Below, piece after piece: positions 26,293-35,437 of a stretch of 64,000 nt of DNA. The notes under the pieces are model-generated. The model made no database searches, had not been told where the DNA came from, and saw only the letters and a program-made list of their open reading frames with translations. The first letter of the stretch is position 1. Each line of letters opens with the position of its first letter. Origin of the DNA: Candidatus Anaeroferrophillacea bacterium (lineage in GTDB: Bacteria > Desulfobacterota > Anaeroferrophillalia > Anaeroferrophillales > Anaeroferrophillaceae); contig JAFGAM010000014.1 in assembly GCA_016933675.1 (NCBI GenBank), forward strand, positions 47,727 through 111,726. Direction: 5' to 3'. The position numbers and the translations under genes were made by a program.

Positions 26293-26524
26293 ATTCCCCC
26301 ACTGTGTCATTGAAATTTTATAAACCTTCATCCCGCCGGGAAGGATGAGGAACGATTTAGCTCTGCTTTCGTTGCATTTCTCGGCACATGGCTCGCGAGC
26401 ATTGGCCCTGTTTGAGCCCCAGCAGGGGTATTTCTGCCAATTTCAGCAGCACGACCACAATGCAGATATCGGAATGCCAGCTACTGAATCCGCCCTGGCG
26501 AAAGGCACAGCTTACATCATCAGG

Positions 26525-26668
26525 CCATGGATGCGGTTATTGGATCCAAATTGGCACAGTAACAAATTCGGATTCGAGTCGCGCAAAAGCAGAGGCGTGC
26601 GGCGTCACCGTACGTCGAATGACTCAACGTGCAGCGCAACGAAGAAGATGGCGTTGTTACGAGCCATC
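26525..26668 (-). repeat. intergenic element family, copy R5 (intercistronic)
   Basis: Minus strand reads TGA GGATGGCTCGTAACAAC starting 1 nt after the thiolase stop, then CTTCTTCGTTGCGCTGCACGTTGAGTCATTCGACGTACGG ... CGACTCGAATCCGAA. Confidence 0.65.
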
Positions 26669-26669
26669 C

Positions 26670-27863
26670 TCACGACTCGCGCTTGATAATCACCGCCATG
26701 GTCGCTCCGCCGCCACCGCAGATGGAGGCCACGCCCATCTCCTTGTCCAACCGCTTGAGGGCGTGGTAGAGGGTGACGATGATGCGCGCGCCGCTGCAGC
26801 CGGTGGGGTGGCCGAGGGCGATGGCGCCGCCGTGGACGTTGAGCCGGTCCATGTCCAGATTGAGCATCCGCACGTTGCCGAGCACCTGGGAGGCGAAGGC
26901 CTCGTTGATCTCGAACAGGTCGATGTCGCTCACCTCCATGCCGGCACGCTTGAGCACTTTGGGAATGGCCACTCCGGGCCCCTCGCCCATGTAGGTGCCG
27001 TCCACCGCCGCCTGGGTAAAATCAACCATCGAAAAAAGCGGCTTGACACCGCGCTTGGCGGCCTCTTCGCGGGTCATGGCCACCAGCATCGCCGAGCCGT
27101 CGGTAAGCCCGCAGGCGTTGCCGGCGGTCACCTTGCCGTCCTTCTTGAAGGCGGTACGCAGCTTCGCCAGTCCTGCCATGTCGGTCTTGGGCTTGATCGA
27201 TTCATCGGCCTTGAATTCATATTCCGGCTGCTTGCTGGTGGCGGGAATGGTGATCGGCGTCACCTCCCCATCGAACCAGCCGTTCTGCTGCGCCTGGTAG
27301 GCCAGCCGGTGGGAGCGGACGGCATATTCGTCCATCTCCTCGCGGGTAACCCCGTACTTCTCGGCGACGTTCTCCGCCGTCATCCCCATACTCACCCGGG
27401 CGATGGGGTCGAAGCTGTCGCCCCAGCCGTCCTCCAGGGCACGGTCGCCCATCTTGAAGCCGCCGAAGCGGGCGCCCTTGAGCAGATAGGGAATGGTGCT
27501 CATGGACTCCATCCCGCCGGCCAGCACGATATTGTCCTGCTCCATGACGATCTGTTGGACGGCCATGGTCACCGCCTTCATCCCCGCCGGGCAGGCCTTG
27601 TTGATCGTCACCCCGGGAATATGCTGGGCGCAACCGCCCTTGAGGGCCACGGTGCGTCCGGGATTGACGTGGTTCCCCGCCTGGCGGCAGCAGCCGATGA
27701 TCGCCTCGTCGACCTCCTCCCCGGCCACCCCGGCGCGACTGAGCGCCTCGCGCACCGGGAAGGACGCCATATCGTACACCATCATATCCCTCAGGGTACC
27801 GCCGAAACTCCCCATGGGGGTCCGGACGGCGCTGACAAACACCACATCACTCATCGCTCGCAT
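26670..27863 (-). CDS. acetyl-CoA C-acyltransferase (thiolase)
   Basis: INKACPAGMKA active-site Cys, GNACGLTDG, and C-terminal HPTGCSG...CGGGG. Start is ATG 27863 (MRAMSDVVFVSAVRTP) or 27854. Confidence 0.9.
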   Translation of the reverse strand: MRAMSDVVFVSAVRTPMGSFGGTLRDMMVYDMASFPVREALSRAGVAGEEVDEAIIGCCRQAGNHVNPGRTVALKGGCAQHIPGVTINKACPAGMKAVTMAVQQIVMEQDNIVLAGGMESMSTIPYLLKGARFGGFKMGDRALEDGWGDSFDPIARVSMGMTAENVAEKYGVTREEMDEYAVRSHRLAYQAQQNGWFDGEVTPITIPATSKQPEYEFKADESIKPKTDMAGLAKLRTAFKKDGKVTAGNACGLTDGSAMLVAMTREEAAKRGVKPLFSMVDFTQAAVDGTYMGEGPGVAIPKVLKRAGMEVSDIDLFEINEAFASQVLGNVRMLNLDMDRLNVHGGAIALGHPTGCSGARIIVTLYHALKRLDKEMGVASICGGGGATMAVIIKRES

Positions 27864-27944
27864 CGTAATTCGTCTCCCTCCGTATGCCCCGCGGCCGCCA
27901 CCGGCGACTTCGCCCTGACTTACGACCGCCGCGGAATGCACGTT

Positions 27945-28169
27945 TCAAGTTACCTTACGGGTAAAAATCGTTTGCAATCCGGGGATATCCACCGCGCCGC
28001 AACCGGTGCAGGGGCCATCCCCGGCACCGGGCACATCATCCGCCGGCGCGACCAGCACGACCTCCTGCCCCATCTCGGCAAACGCCTCGATTGCCATCTG
28101 CAGGCGCTCGCCGGCGGCGCTGAACTGCCGGTGCCAACCATCCTGGACAAGCCTTTCTCCCCTGGTCAT
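27945..28169 (-). CDS. small hypothetical CxxC protein (74 aa)
   Basis: MTRGERLVQDGWHRQFSAAGERLQMAIEAFAEMGQEVVLV...CTGCG...IFTRKVT. GC-rich third codon positions. Sits between the sigma54 promoter and the thiolase. The 167-aa ORF-track version is implausible. Confidence 0.45.
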   Translation of the reverse strand: MTRGERLVQDGWHRQFSAAGERLQMAIEAFAEMGQEVVLVAPADDVPGAGDGPCTGCGAVDIPGLQTIFTRKVT

Positions 28170-28282
28170 TGCCCCGGCCACTATCCCCCACCGCGGGAAC
28201 CCCCTCCCGGGCCAATCACCGATTCGGCCCGGGGTGAATCGGCATGTCCGTCCCCTACGGGGCCGCACTGGTCGTGGAAAAT

Positions 28283-28298
28283 TGCAATTAGCATGCCA
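28283..28298 (-). promoter_or_regulatory. candidate sigma54 (-24/-12) promoter of the benzoyl-CoA lower-pathway operon
   Basis: Minus strand reads TGGCATGCTAATTGCA, a full match to TGGCAC-N5-TTGCA spacing. Lies 114 nt upstream of ATG 28169. Confidence 0.6.
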
Positions 28299-28472
28299 TG
28301 CTCCGACGTACCGAACGGCTGCGACCCCGTCCGCCGCCAACCGCCCAGGAAAATCCGGCCGCATCCCTGTCACCCGCCGGGAACCGCCATCCGCGCCGCC
28401 CCGGCCGCCGGCCGGGGCGGCGGCAAATAACCTTTCAGCCGCTACCACCGACCGGGCCGCGGCGATAATTTT

Positions 28473-29912
28473 TCACCTGTCAAGGTGAATTTCATCGGCG
28501 GCAACCGCCGCGATCCGGGTATAGAGACCGTCGAAATCCCCGGTGCTCATGAGTACCGCCAGCCGCGGCCCGGCACTGACGGACAACAGCTCCCGACGAA
28601 TCTCGGCGACCGCGGCACAGGCCCGGGCGGGGATGCCGCGGGCGCGGATGTCGGCCGCGAGGCGGGCGGTATCGAGGCGGTCTTCCGGAGCCAGGCGCTC
28701 GCCGCGGTAGACCGGGGCGACGAGCACCTCGTCGGCGGCAGCGAAGGCCGTTGCAAGCTCCGCCTGGAACAAATTCCGGCGGCTGGTGGCGGTCCGGGGC
28801 TCGAACACCGCCATCAGCCGGCGACCGGGCCAGTGGTCCCGCAGGGCCTCCAGGGTCAGACGGACAGCGGTGGGATGATGGGCAAAATCACTGATGTAGA
28901 CGGTATCGCCGCGTTCGGCGATGACCTCCTGGCGGCGTTTGACGCCGCCGAAGGTGGACAGGGCGGCGGCGCAGGCCTCCCGGCCGAGTCCCAGCTCCCG
29001 CGCCAAGGCGAGGACGCCGACGGCGTTCACAGCGTTGTGGCGGCCGATGGCGGCGCATTCCAGGCGCCATTCGTCGCCGTCCGGCAGCCGCACCGCGAGG
29101 CGCGAAACCCGGCCCGCCGGCTCCCGGGCGAGCAGCCGGCAGCACGCTTCGGGCTCCTCGCCGTAGGTCACCACCCGGCAGGGTGCCGCTGTCAGCAGCG
29201 GCGCGAGACGCTCGGCGCCGGCGGCGGCGACCACCACGCCGGCGGCCGGCATGGCGGCGATAAGATCGCGGAACTCGCGCTCGATTGCACCGACATCGGC
29301 AAAGATATCGACATGATCCATCTCCAGGCTGGTAAGCAGCAGATGGGTCGGACGGTAATGGTGGAACTTCGCCCGGCGGTCGAAGAAAGCGGTATTGTAC
29401 TCGTCGCCCTCGAGAACGAAATCGCCCCCGCCCCCGAGGCGGTAGTTGGCGCCGAAATCCCGCACCAGGCCGCCGATGAGAAACGACGGATCGCGGCCGG
29501 CGGCATGGAGCAGCCAGGCAGCGAGGGAAGCGGTGGTGGTCTTGCCGTGGGTACCGGCGACCACCAGCCGCCGGGGGGAGGCGGCGAGAAACTCGCGCCA
29601 CAAGGTCTCCGGCAGTGACGCCAGGCGCAGGCCACGGGCTTCGGCGGCAATCACCTCGGGGTTGTCGCGGGCGGCGACGTTGCCCACCACCACCAAATCC
29701 GGCGCGGCGGGCAGGTGTTCCGGCCGGTAACCGATTTTCACCGTGATGCCGTGGGCGGCGAGAATATCGCTCATGGGCGGATAGGCGGCAGCATCGGAGC
29801 CGCCGACACGCCAGCCCCGCTCCCGCAGCATGCAGGCCAGTGCCGCCATGGCAGTGCCGCAGACGCCGATGAAATGGGCTTCACCGGCGAAAGGATTTTC
29901 TTTCGTACCCAT
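28473..29912 (-). CDS. mpl: UDP-N-acetylmuramate:L-alanyl-gamma-D-glutamyl-meso-DAP ligase
   Basis: Start at ATG 29912 (MGTKENPFAGEAHFIGVCGTAMAALA), 8 nt after GGAGG. GTHGKTTT P-loop. Confidence 0.85.
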   Translation of the reverse strand: MGTKENPFAGEAHFIGVCGTAMAALACMLRERGWRVGGSDAAAYPPMSDILAAHGITVKIGYRPEHLPAAPDLVVVGNVAARDNPEVIAAEARGLRLASLPETLWREFLAASPRRLVVAGTHGKTTTASLAAWLLHAAGRDPSFLIGGLVRDFGANYRLGGGGDFVLEGDEYNTAFFDRRAKFHHYRPTHLLLTSLEMDHVDIFADVGAIEREFRDLIAAMPAAGVVVAAAGAERLAPLLTAAPCRVVTYGEEPEACCRLLAREPAGRVSRLAVRLPDGDEWRLECAAIGRHNAVNAVGVLALARELGLGREACAAALSTFGGVKRRQEVIAERGDTVYISDFAHHPTAVRLTLEALRDHWPGRRLMAVFEPRTATSRRNLFQAELATAFAAADEVLVAPVYRGERLAPEDRLDTARLAADIRARGIPARACAAVAEIRRELLSVSAGPRLAVLMSTGDFDGLYTRIAAVAADEIHLDR

Positions 29913-30004
29913 GGTTCGTACCTCCACGATTGCCGCTCATGCCGCTATCGGGTCGAAATCGGTATCGGATTCGGGATCGCTGGTGCCATGCATACCGCTT
30001 CCGA

Positions 30005-30190
30005 TCCCGATTACGGAATAACGAAACAGATGGAAACCCCTAACAACTGCCTAAATGCGCCACAAAAAAATGGCGCCGTGACGGCTCCAGATTCGAGGCG
30101 CGCAATAATTTGAGGAGTGCGGCGTCGCCGTACGTCGAATGACTCAACTTGCAGCACAACGAATCAAGATGGGTTGTTACGAAGCCATCA
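30005..30190 (-). repeat. intergenic element family, copy R6
   Basis: Minus strand reads TTGATGGCTTCGTAACAAC 18 nt after the priA stop, then TTCGTTGTGCTGCAAGTTGAGTCATTCGACGTACGG ... GCGCCTCGAATCTGGAGCCGTCACGG. Confidence 0.7.
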
Positions 30191-30208
30191 AGTATTACGG
30201 TGCCATAT

Positions 30209-32692
30209 TCACCCCAGTGACAGCGGATCGATATCCACGGTCAACTGCACCGCGCGGGGCGTCGTCAGCGCGGCGCGGGCGCGGCGCACCACATCATGCA
30301 GCAGTGCCCGATCGACACTTTTGCACAGCAGGTTCCAGCGGAAGCGGCGGCGCACCCGGACCACCGGGTGGGGCACCGGCCCCCATATCTCGACCATGCC
30401 ACCGTCCCCGGCCTCCCGTCGCAGTTCCCCGCGGAGCTCCGTCAGCACCGCCTTCACCTGTTCCTCGTCCTCCCCCTGGGCCCGGCACAGCACCAGGTAA
30501 GCCCATGGCGGCAGCCCCAGCTCCCGGCGCTCCTTCAGCTCACGAACGGCAAAGCCGACATAATCGTGACCAACCGCATGGCCGATGCTGTAGTGTTGCG
30601 GCAGCAGGGTCTGGATGATCACCCGACCGGCGTCTCCCCCCCGGCCGGCACGTCCGGCAACCTGGGTCAGGAGCTGGAAGGTACGCTCGGCGGCGATGTA
30701 CTCGGGAATGCTCAGCCCCATGTCGGCACAGATCACCCCGACGAGATCGACGCCGGGGAAATGCAGTCCCTTGGCCAGCATCTGGGTGCCGATGAGGAGC
30801 TGGTGCTCGCCACGGGCGAAGGCGGTCACCAACCGCGCCAGGGATCCCTTGCGACGGGTGGAGTCGCGATCCAGGCGCACCGGTTCGACCCCCGGGAAAT
30901 GCTCCCGCACGGTTTCCTCCAACTGCTGCACCCCGACACCGATGGGCTCGACTTCGGCCGCGCCGCAGGCCGGACAGGCCGTCGGCAGCCGTACCGCATG
31001 GCCGCAGTAGTGACACACCAGGCGGTTCCAGCCCTTGTAGAAGGTCAGACGCACGGAACAGTGAGGGCAGGGCGGCATGTGGCCGCAGGCACGGCAGAAG
31101 AGGGTATGCGAAAACCCCCGCCGATTGAGGAAGAGCATCACCTGGCGGCCGGACGCGAGGGTCTCGGCGATGGCCCGCTCCAGCGGCGGCGTGAGTCCGT
31201 TCCAGCGCCAGAGGTTTCTCCGATGCTCCTGCAAATCGACGATATCGATGCGCGGCAGCCGCGCCGGACCCACCCGTTCCGGCAGCTGCAGCAGCCGGCA
31301 ATGGCCGCGGCGGGCGCGGTAGTAGGTGGTCACCGCCGGCGTCGCCGAGCCCATGACCACCGGGCAGCCGGCCAGTTTACCGCGCAGCAGGGCCATGTCG
31401 CGGCCGTGATAGGGAAAGGCGGTCTCCTGCTTATAGGACGGCTCGTGCTCCTCGTCGACGATGATCAAGCCGAGATTTTTCACCGGGGCAAAGACCGCCG
31501 AACGGGCGCCGAGAACCACCGTCGCCGTCCCGGCCGCCACCCGCCGCCACTGGTCGTAACGTTCGCCGGCGCCCAGGCCGCTGTGCAGCACCGCCAGGCG
31601 ATCGCCGAAGGGCCGCAGAAGCTGGTCGAGTAGCTGCACCGTGAGAGCGATCTCGGGCACCAGACAGATCACCCCGAAACCGCATTCCAGCGCCGCGGCC
31701 ATGGCCCGGAGGTAGATCTCGGTCTTGCCGCTGCCAGTCACTCCGTGAAGCAGAAAGGGAGCAAAACCGCCGCCGTCCAGCGCTCCGCAGACGGCCTCCA
31801 GCGCCTGCCGCTGGGCGTCGCTGAGCACCAGTTCGGGCCGCGGTTCGGCCGCCGCGGCGGCCGCGGCGGCGGGATCGATCACCTGCCGCAAGCTGGGAAT
31901 GTGGCCCGCGGCCAGCCAGCCGGCACCAACCCAGCGGGCGAGCAGCTCCCCCCGGCCCGGGAAGCGGTCGAGGAAATCCCGCCGGCGGAAAGATACCGCG
32001 CCGCGCAGAAACTCCGCCAGCGCCATTTTACGGGCCGCCGCCATGTGCGAGGCGGTGACGGCAGCCCGTAGCGCCGCTTCATCGGCCACCCGGTAAACCA
32101 CATCCCAGCGGGCCGCGGCGCGAGGCAACGACCGCCGGGTTTCCGCCGCCAGCCAGCCGTCGGCGACCCCCCGGCGCAACACCGGATTGAGACGGGCGGC
32201 AGTCACCTCGACGGCCGCGGCGATATTCACCGGCGGCAACACCTCACCGTCCACCGCCGCCAGCACCCCGGCGACGGCGGCGGCAATGCCGCGCTCCGGT
32301 ACCGCGGCCCCCGTCAGACGGTAGAAACGCCGGCTGGAAACCGTGAGCCCTCCCGGCAACAACTGCTGCAGCGCAACCCCCAGGGGGGTCTGGTAGTAGG
32401 CCGCCGCCCGGCGGTAGAAGTCCAGATCGGCGGCACCGAACAACGGTTCCGGATCAAGGACATCGACTACCTCCTGGAGGTTGGCGGCAGCGATCCCGGG
32501 CGGCGGCGCGGAGTTCACGGCAACGACGAAACCGCTCAGCTCGCGCCCGCCGAACGGTACCACCACCCGGCGGCCGACCGCCGGTGAGGGAACATCCACG
32601 CCGGTCGGCCAGGCATAGGTAAACACCCCGTCCCCCCGCGGAACGTTGAGGGCGATATCCACCCCGGCTGCCGGCGCACTGGTTTCTTGCAT
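30209..32692 (-). CDS. priA: primosomal protein N' (PriA helicase)
   Basis: 827 aa with GVTGSGKTEIY Walker A, IIVDEEHE, and Cys4 zinc motifs CRACGH...CPHC / CHYCGH...CPACG. Confidence 0.95.
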   Translation of the reverse strand: MQETSAPAAGVDIALNVPRGDGVFTYAWPTGVDVPSPAVGRRVVVPFGGRELSGFVVAVNSAPPPGIAAANLQEVVDVLDPEPLFGAADLDFYRRAAAYYQTPLGVALQQLLPGGLTVSSRRFYRLTGAAVPERGIAAAVAGVLAAVDGEVLPPVNIAAAVEVTAARLNPVLRRGVADGWLAAETRRSLPRAAARWDVVYRVADEAALRAAVTASHMAAARKMALAEFLRGAVSFRRRDFLDRFPGRGELLARWVGAGWLAAGHIPSLRQVIDPAAAAAAAAEPRPELVLSDAQRQALEAVCGALDGGGFAPFLLHGVTGSGKTEIYLRAMAAALECGFGVICLVPEIALTVQLLDQLLRPFGDRLAVLHSGLGAGERYDQWRRVAAGTATVVLGARSAVFAPVKNLGLIIVDEEHEPSYKQETAFPYHGRDMALLRGKLAGCPVVMGSATPAVTTYYRARRGHCRLLQLPERVGPARLPRIDIVDLQEHRRNLWRWNGLTPPLERAIAETLASGRQVMLFLNRRGFSHTLFCRACGHMPPCPHCSVRLTFYKGWNRLVCHYCGHAVRLPTACPACGAAEVEPIGVGVQQLEETVREHFPGVEPVRLDRDSTRRKGSLARLVTAFARGEHQLLIGTQMLAKGLHFPGVDLVGVICADMGLSIPEYIAAERTFQLLTQVAGRAGRGGDAGRVIIQTLLPQHYSIGHAVGHDYVGFAVRELKERRELGLPPWAYLVLCRAQGEDEEQVKAVLTELRGELRREAGDGGMVEIWGPVPHPVVRVRRRFRWNLLCKSVDRALLHDVVRRARAALTTPRAVQLTVDIDPLSLG

Positions 32693-32704
32693 TTCACCTG
32701 CTGA

Positions 32705-32895
32705 TCGGTTATGAAGCCATCAATGGATGACGGCTTCGCAACAGCTCCGTCTTTTTCGTTGCGCTTCAGCCTCAATCACCGCGGCGTACGTCCATGTCCG
32801 CCGCCTTTCCTCAGCACGGAAGCGCCGCGAATCCGACGCCGTTACGGTCCGTCCATTTTCGTCGCTTTTTGGCAATAGTTACGGTTCGATCAAAT
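32705..32895 (+). repeat. intergenic element family, copy R7
   Basis: GATGACGGCTTCGCAACAGC (32726-32745), TTTTTCGTTGCGCTTCAG, GAAGCGCCGCGAATCCGACGCCGTTACGGT, and a second GTTACGGT at about 32879-32886. Confidence 0.7.
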
Positions 32896-32965
32896 TTGAC
32901 AAATCCCGACCGGAACGTTATCGTATCAGAATCGCTCCACCATAATAAAGGAGAAAACGGATTGT

Positions 32966-33724
32966 ATGGCTGAAATCGAACATACCCTGGCGGTGTTCAT
33001 CGACTTCGAAAACCTCGCCCTGGGGTTCAAGGGCAAGAAAAAGAACGGTTTCAAGGTTGAGACCATTCTCGCCCGTCTGCTGGAAAAAGGCAAGGTCATC
33101 GCCAAAAAGGCCTACGCCGACTGGGCCGTCTATTCCCATTACAAGACCCAGCTTCACGCCGCCGCCATCGAGATGGTGGAGATCCCCAAACGCGGCATGA
33201 GCGGCAAGAATTCCGCCGATATCCGGCTGTGCGTCGATGCCATGGACATGTCCTATTCCAAGGAACATATCGACACCTTCGTCATCGTCTCCGGGGACAG
33301 CGACTTCTCCCCCCTGGTTTCCAAACTCAAGGAGAACAACAAGCGGGTTATCGGCATCGGCATGCGGGAGAGCACCTCGCCGCTCTTGTCCGACAACTGC
33401 GACGAGTTCATCTTCTACGAGGATCTGGTCGAGGCGGCGGAGTTGACCCCGCCGAAGATCGTCGACGACCTGCCTGAGGAACGCCACGCCGCCTTCCAGC
33501 TGCTGTTCGAGGCGATCACCGCGCTGATGCGCGAGAACAAGGAGATCCTGTGGTCGTCGATGATCAAACAGACGATGCAGCGCAAGCGGCCGTCATTCAA
33601 TGAATCCACCCTCGGCTACCGCTCCTTCAGCGAGATGCTCAAGGATGCGGAGAAACGGGGATATCTCCAGCTGCGCAAGGACACCAAGAGCGGTACCCTG
33701 GTGGTGGAGGGATTCGCCCGCTAG
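32966..33724 (+). CDS. NYN (LabA-like) nuclease domain protein with C-terminal OST-HTH/LOTUS domain
   Basis: LAVFIDFENL...FVIVSGDSDFSPLV is the NYN core. The C-terminal roughly 70 aa (ILWSSMIKQTMQRKRPSFNESTLGYRSFSEMLKDAEKRGYL) fit the OST-HTH pattern. Confidence 0.8.
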   Translation: MAEIEHTLAVFIDFENLALGFKGKKKNGFKVETILARLLEKGKVIAKKAYADWAVYSHYKTQLHAAAIEMVEIPKRGMSGKNSADIRLCVDAMDMSYSKEHIDTFVIVSGDSDFSPLVSKLKENNKRVIGIGMRESTSPLLSDNCDEFIFYEDLVEAAELTPPKIVDDLPEERHAAFQLLFEAITALMRENKEILWSSMIKQTMQRKRPSFNESTLGYRSFSEMLKDAEKRGYLQLRKDTKSGTLVVEGFAR

Positions 33725-33808
33725 CATTTCGGCCTCCCGACCACCCCGATTTCCGAGACCAGCCGGAGCCGGCCGAGGGCATCTTCAGCTTCGCAGGGAG
33801 GATGAATC

Positions 33809-35053
33809 ATGGCCCCACACCGTACGGTCAAACAACTCTTTCACGCCTTCACCGACCGGTGCGCAACGGTGCCACTGGCGGTCGAGTACTGGGATGGTGA
33901 CCGGCGCCAGTACGGCCCCCCATCAGCCGGCCGGGGACCCTGCTGCACCCTGCGGCTGAAAACCCCCGATGCCGCCAAGGCGGCGCTCACCGGTGGCTCG
34001 CTGGGGTTCGGCGAGGCCTATGCCGCCGGCGAGATCGACATCGGCGGCAGCCTCCAGGAACTCATCCGTGTCTGCATGAACCCCGCGTGGGAGCGGCGGC
34101 GCGGCGCCCTGCACCAGCGTTTCCAGCATCTGTGGGAACGCTTTCACCGCCGCTGGAACACTCCTTCCGGCGCGCGCCGGGCGATTGCCCACCATTACGA
34201 CCGCGGCAACGAATTCTACCGCCACTGGCTCGATGACAGCATGACCTATTCCTGCGCCTACTTCCGGAATCCGGAGATGTCGCTGGAAATGGCTCAGCAG
34301 GCGAAGTACGAGCATCTGTGCCGCAAGCTGCGGCTCACCTCCGGCGACCGGCTGGTGGACATCGGCTGCGGCTGGGGCGGGATGCTGATTTACGCCGCCC
34401 GCCGCCACGGCATCACCGGCGTCGGCTACACTCTCGCCCGCAATCAATACGATTACGCCCGCGAACAGGCGCGGAATACCGGGGTTGACGACCGGGTAAG
34501 TTTCGTCCTCGAGGACTACCGCAGCGCCCGGGGATCCTTCGACAAGTTCATCTCCATCGGCATGTTCGAGCATGTCGGCAAACGCTACCACCCGGTCTTT
34601 TTCGACACCGTCCGCAAGTTGCTGAAACCCGGCGGTATCGGCGTGCTGCACACCATCGGCAAGGACCACGAGGCCCCCACTGACCCGTGGATCACCACCT
34701 ACATCTTCCCCGGCGGCGACCTGCCCAGTCTCGCCGGCATGTGTGGTGAGATGGGCCTGCGGGCGCTCAAGGTCATCGACGTGGAAAATCTCCGGCACCA
34801 CTACCATCTCACCCTGCAACACTGGATCCGTCGCTTCGAGGCCCACCTCGACGACATCCGTACCACCCTGGCCGACAGCGGCCTCACCGCCGCGGCCCGG
34901 GAAACCTTCCTGCGCCGCTGGCGTCTCTACCTCAACGGCAGCGCGGCAAATTTCCTCCACGGCGATCTCAACCTTTACCAGTTGACTTTTACCCGGGGAT
35001 TGGTTAATGACCTGCCCTTGACGCGGGAACATCTGTACGCCGGTCACAACTGA
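33809..35053 (+). CDS. cfa: cyclopropane-fatty-acyl-phospholipid synthase family methyltransferase
   Basis: HYDRGNEFYRHWLDDSMTYSCAYF and SAM motif LVDIGCGWGG. Confidence 0.85.
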   Translation: MAPHRTVKQLFHAFTDRCATVPLAVEYWDGDRRQYGPPSAGRGPCCTLRLKTPDAAKAALTGGSLGFGEAYAAGEIDIGGSLQELIRVCMNPAWERRRGALHQRFQHLWERFHRRWNTPSGARRAIAHHYDRGNEFYRHWLDDSMTYSCAYFRNPEMSLEMAQQAKYEHLCRKLRLTSGDRLVDIGCGWGGMLIYAARRHGITGVGYTLARNQYDYAREQARNTGVDDRVSFVLEDYRSARGSFDKFISIGMFEHVGKRYHPVFFDTVRKLLKPGGIGVLHTIGKDHEAPTDPWITTYIFPGGDLPSLAGMCGEMGLRALKVIDVENLRHHYHLTLQHWIRRFEAHLDDIRTTLADSGLTAAARETFLRRWRLYLNGSAANFLHGDLNLYQLTFTRGLVNDLPLTREHLYAGHN

Positions 35054-35290
35054 TTGAGCCGTAACCACGGCCGGACGGTGCCGAAAACCCGACAGCACCG
35101 CAACCGCGCCGGATTCACCCCATGCAAGAGCCGAGGAGTGAGGCGTCCCCCGGGGGGGGGGTTCGGTCGTCTCTGCCTGATTGACAATCACTTTTCAGCA
35201 GGAGTGAGGCGTACCTGGGGGTACGCCGCCGGCCTCTACGATCTCGAGTCTACCGGAGTGAGACGTACCTGGGGGGGTACGTCTTCGTGG
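35054..35290 (-). repeat. intergenic element family, variant copy R8 with a triplicated hairpin module
   Basis: The tail block, read on the minus strand, is GAATCCGGCGCGGTTGCGGTGC...GGCCGTGGTTACGGCTC (35056-35120). There are three GGAGTGAGRCGT(ACC TGGG GGT)ACGYC units at 35135, 35201 and 35255. Confidence 0.6.
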
Positions 35291-35437
35291 GACAATGCAT
35301 GAACCGTCTTTGCCGGCCGCGGAACCTTATCCGGGGACACTGCGCCCGGACGACAATGCCGGTGGCGGCGCCGTGGTGAAACCGAACGCGACCGGTAGGC
35401 GCAGCCGGCCCGAAGGCCGGGAGGAGACGATCCGGCC

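Noticed and set aside
35135-35283. CRISPR-like array, from hairpin-forming repeats with spacers
   Set aside because: There are only three units with unequal spacing (66 and 54 nt). The units are imperfect and belong to the larger intergenic element family. No cas genes are present.
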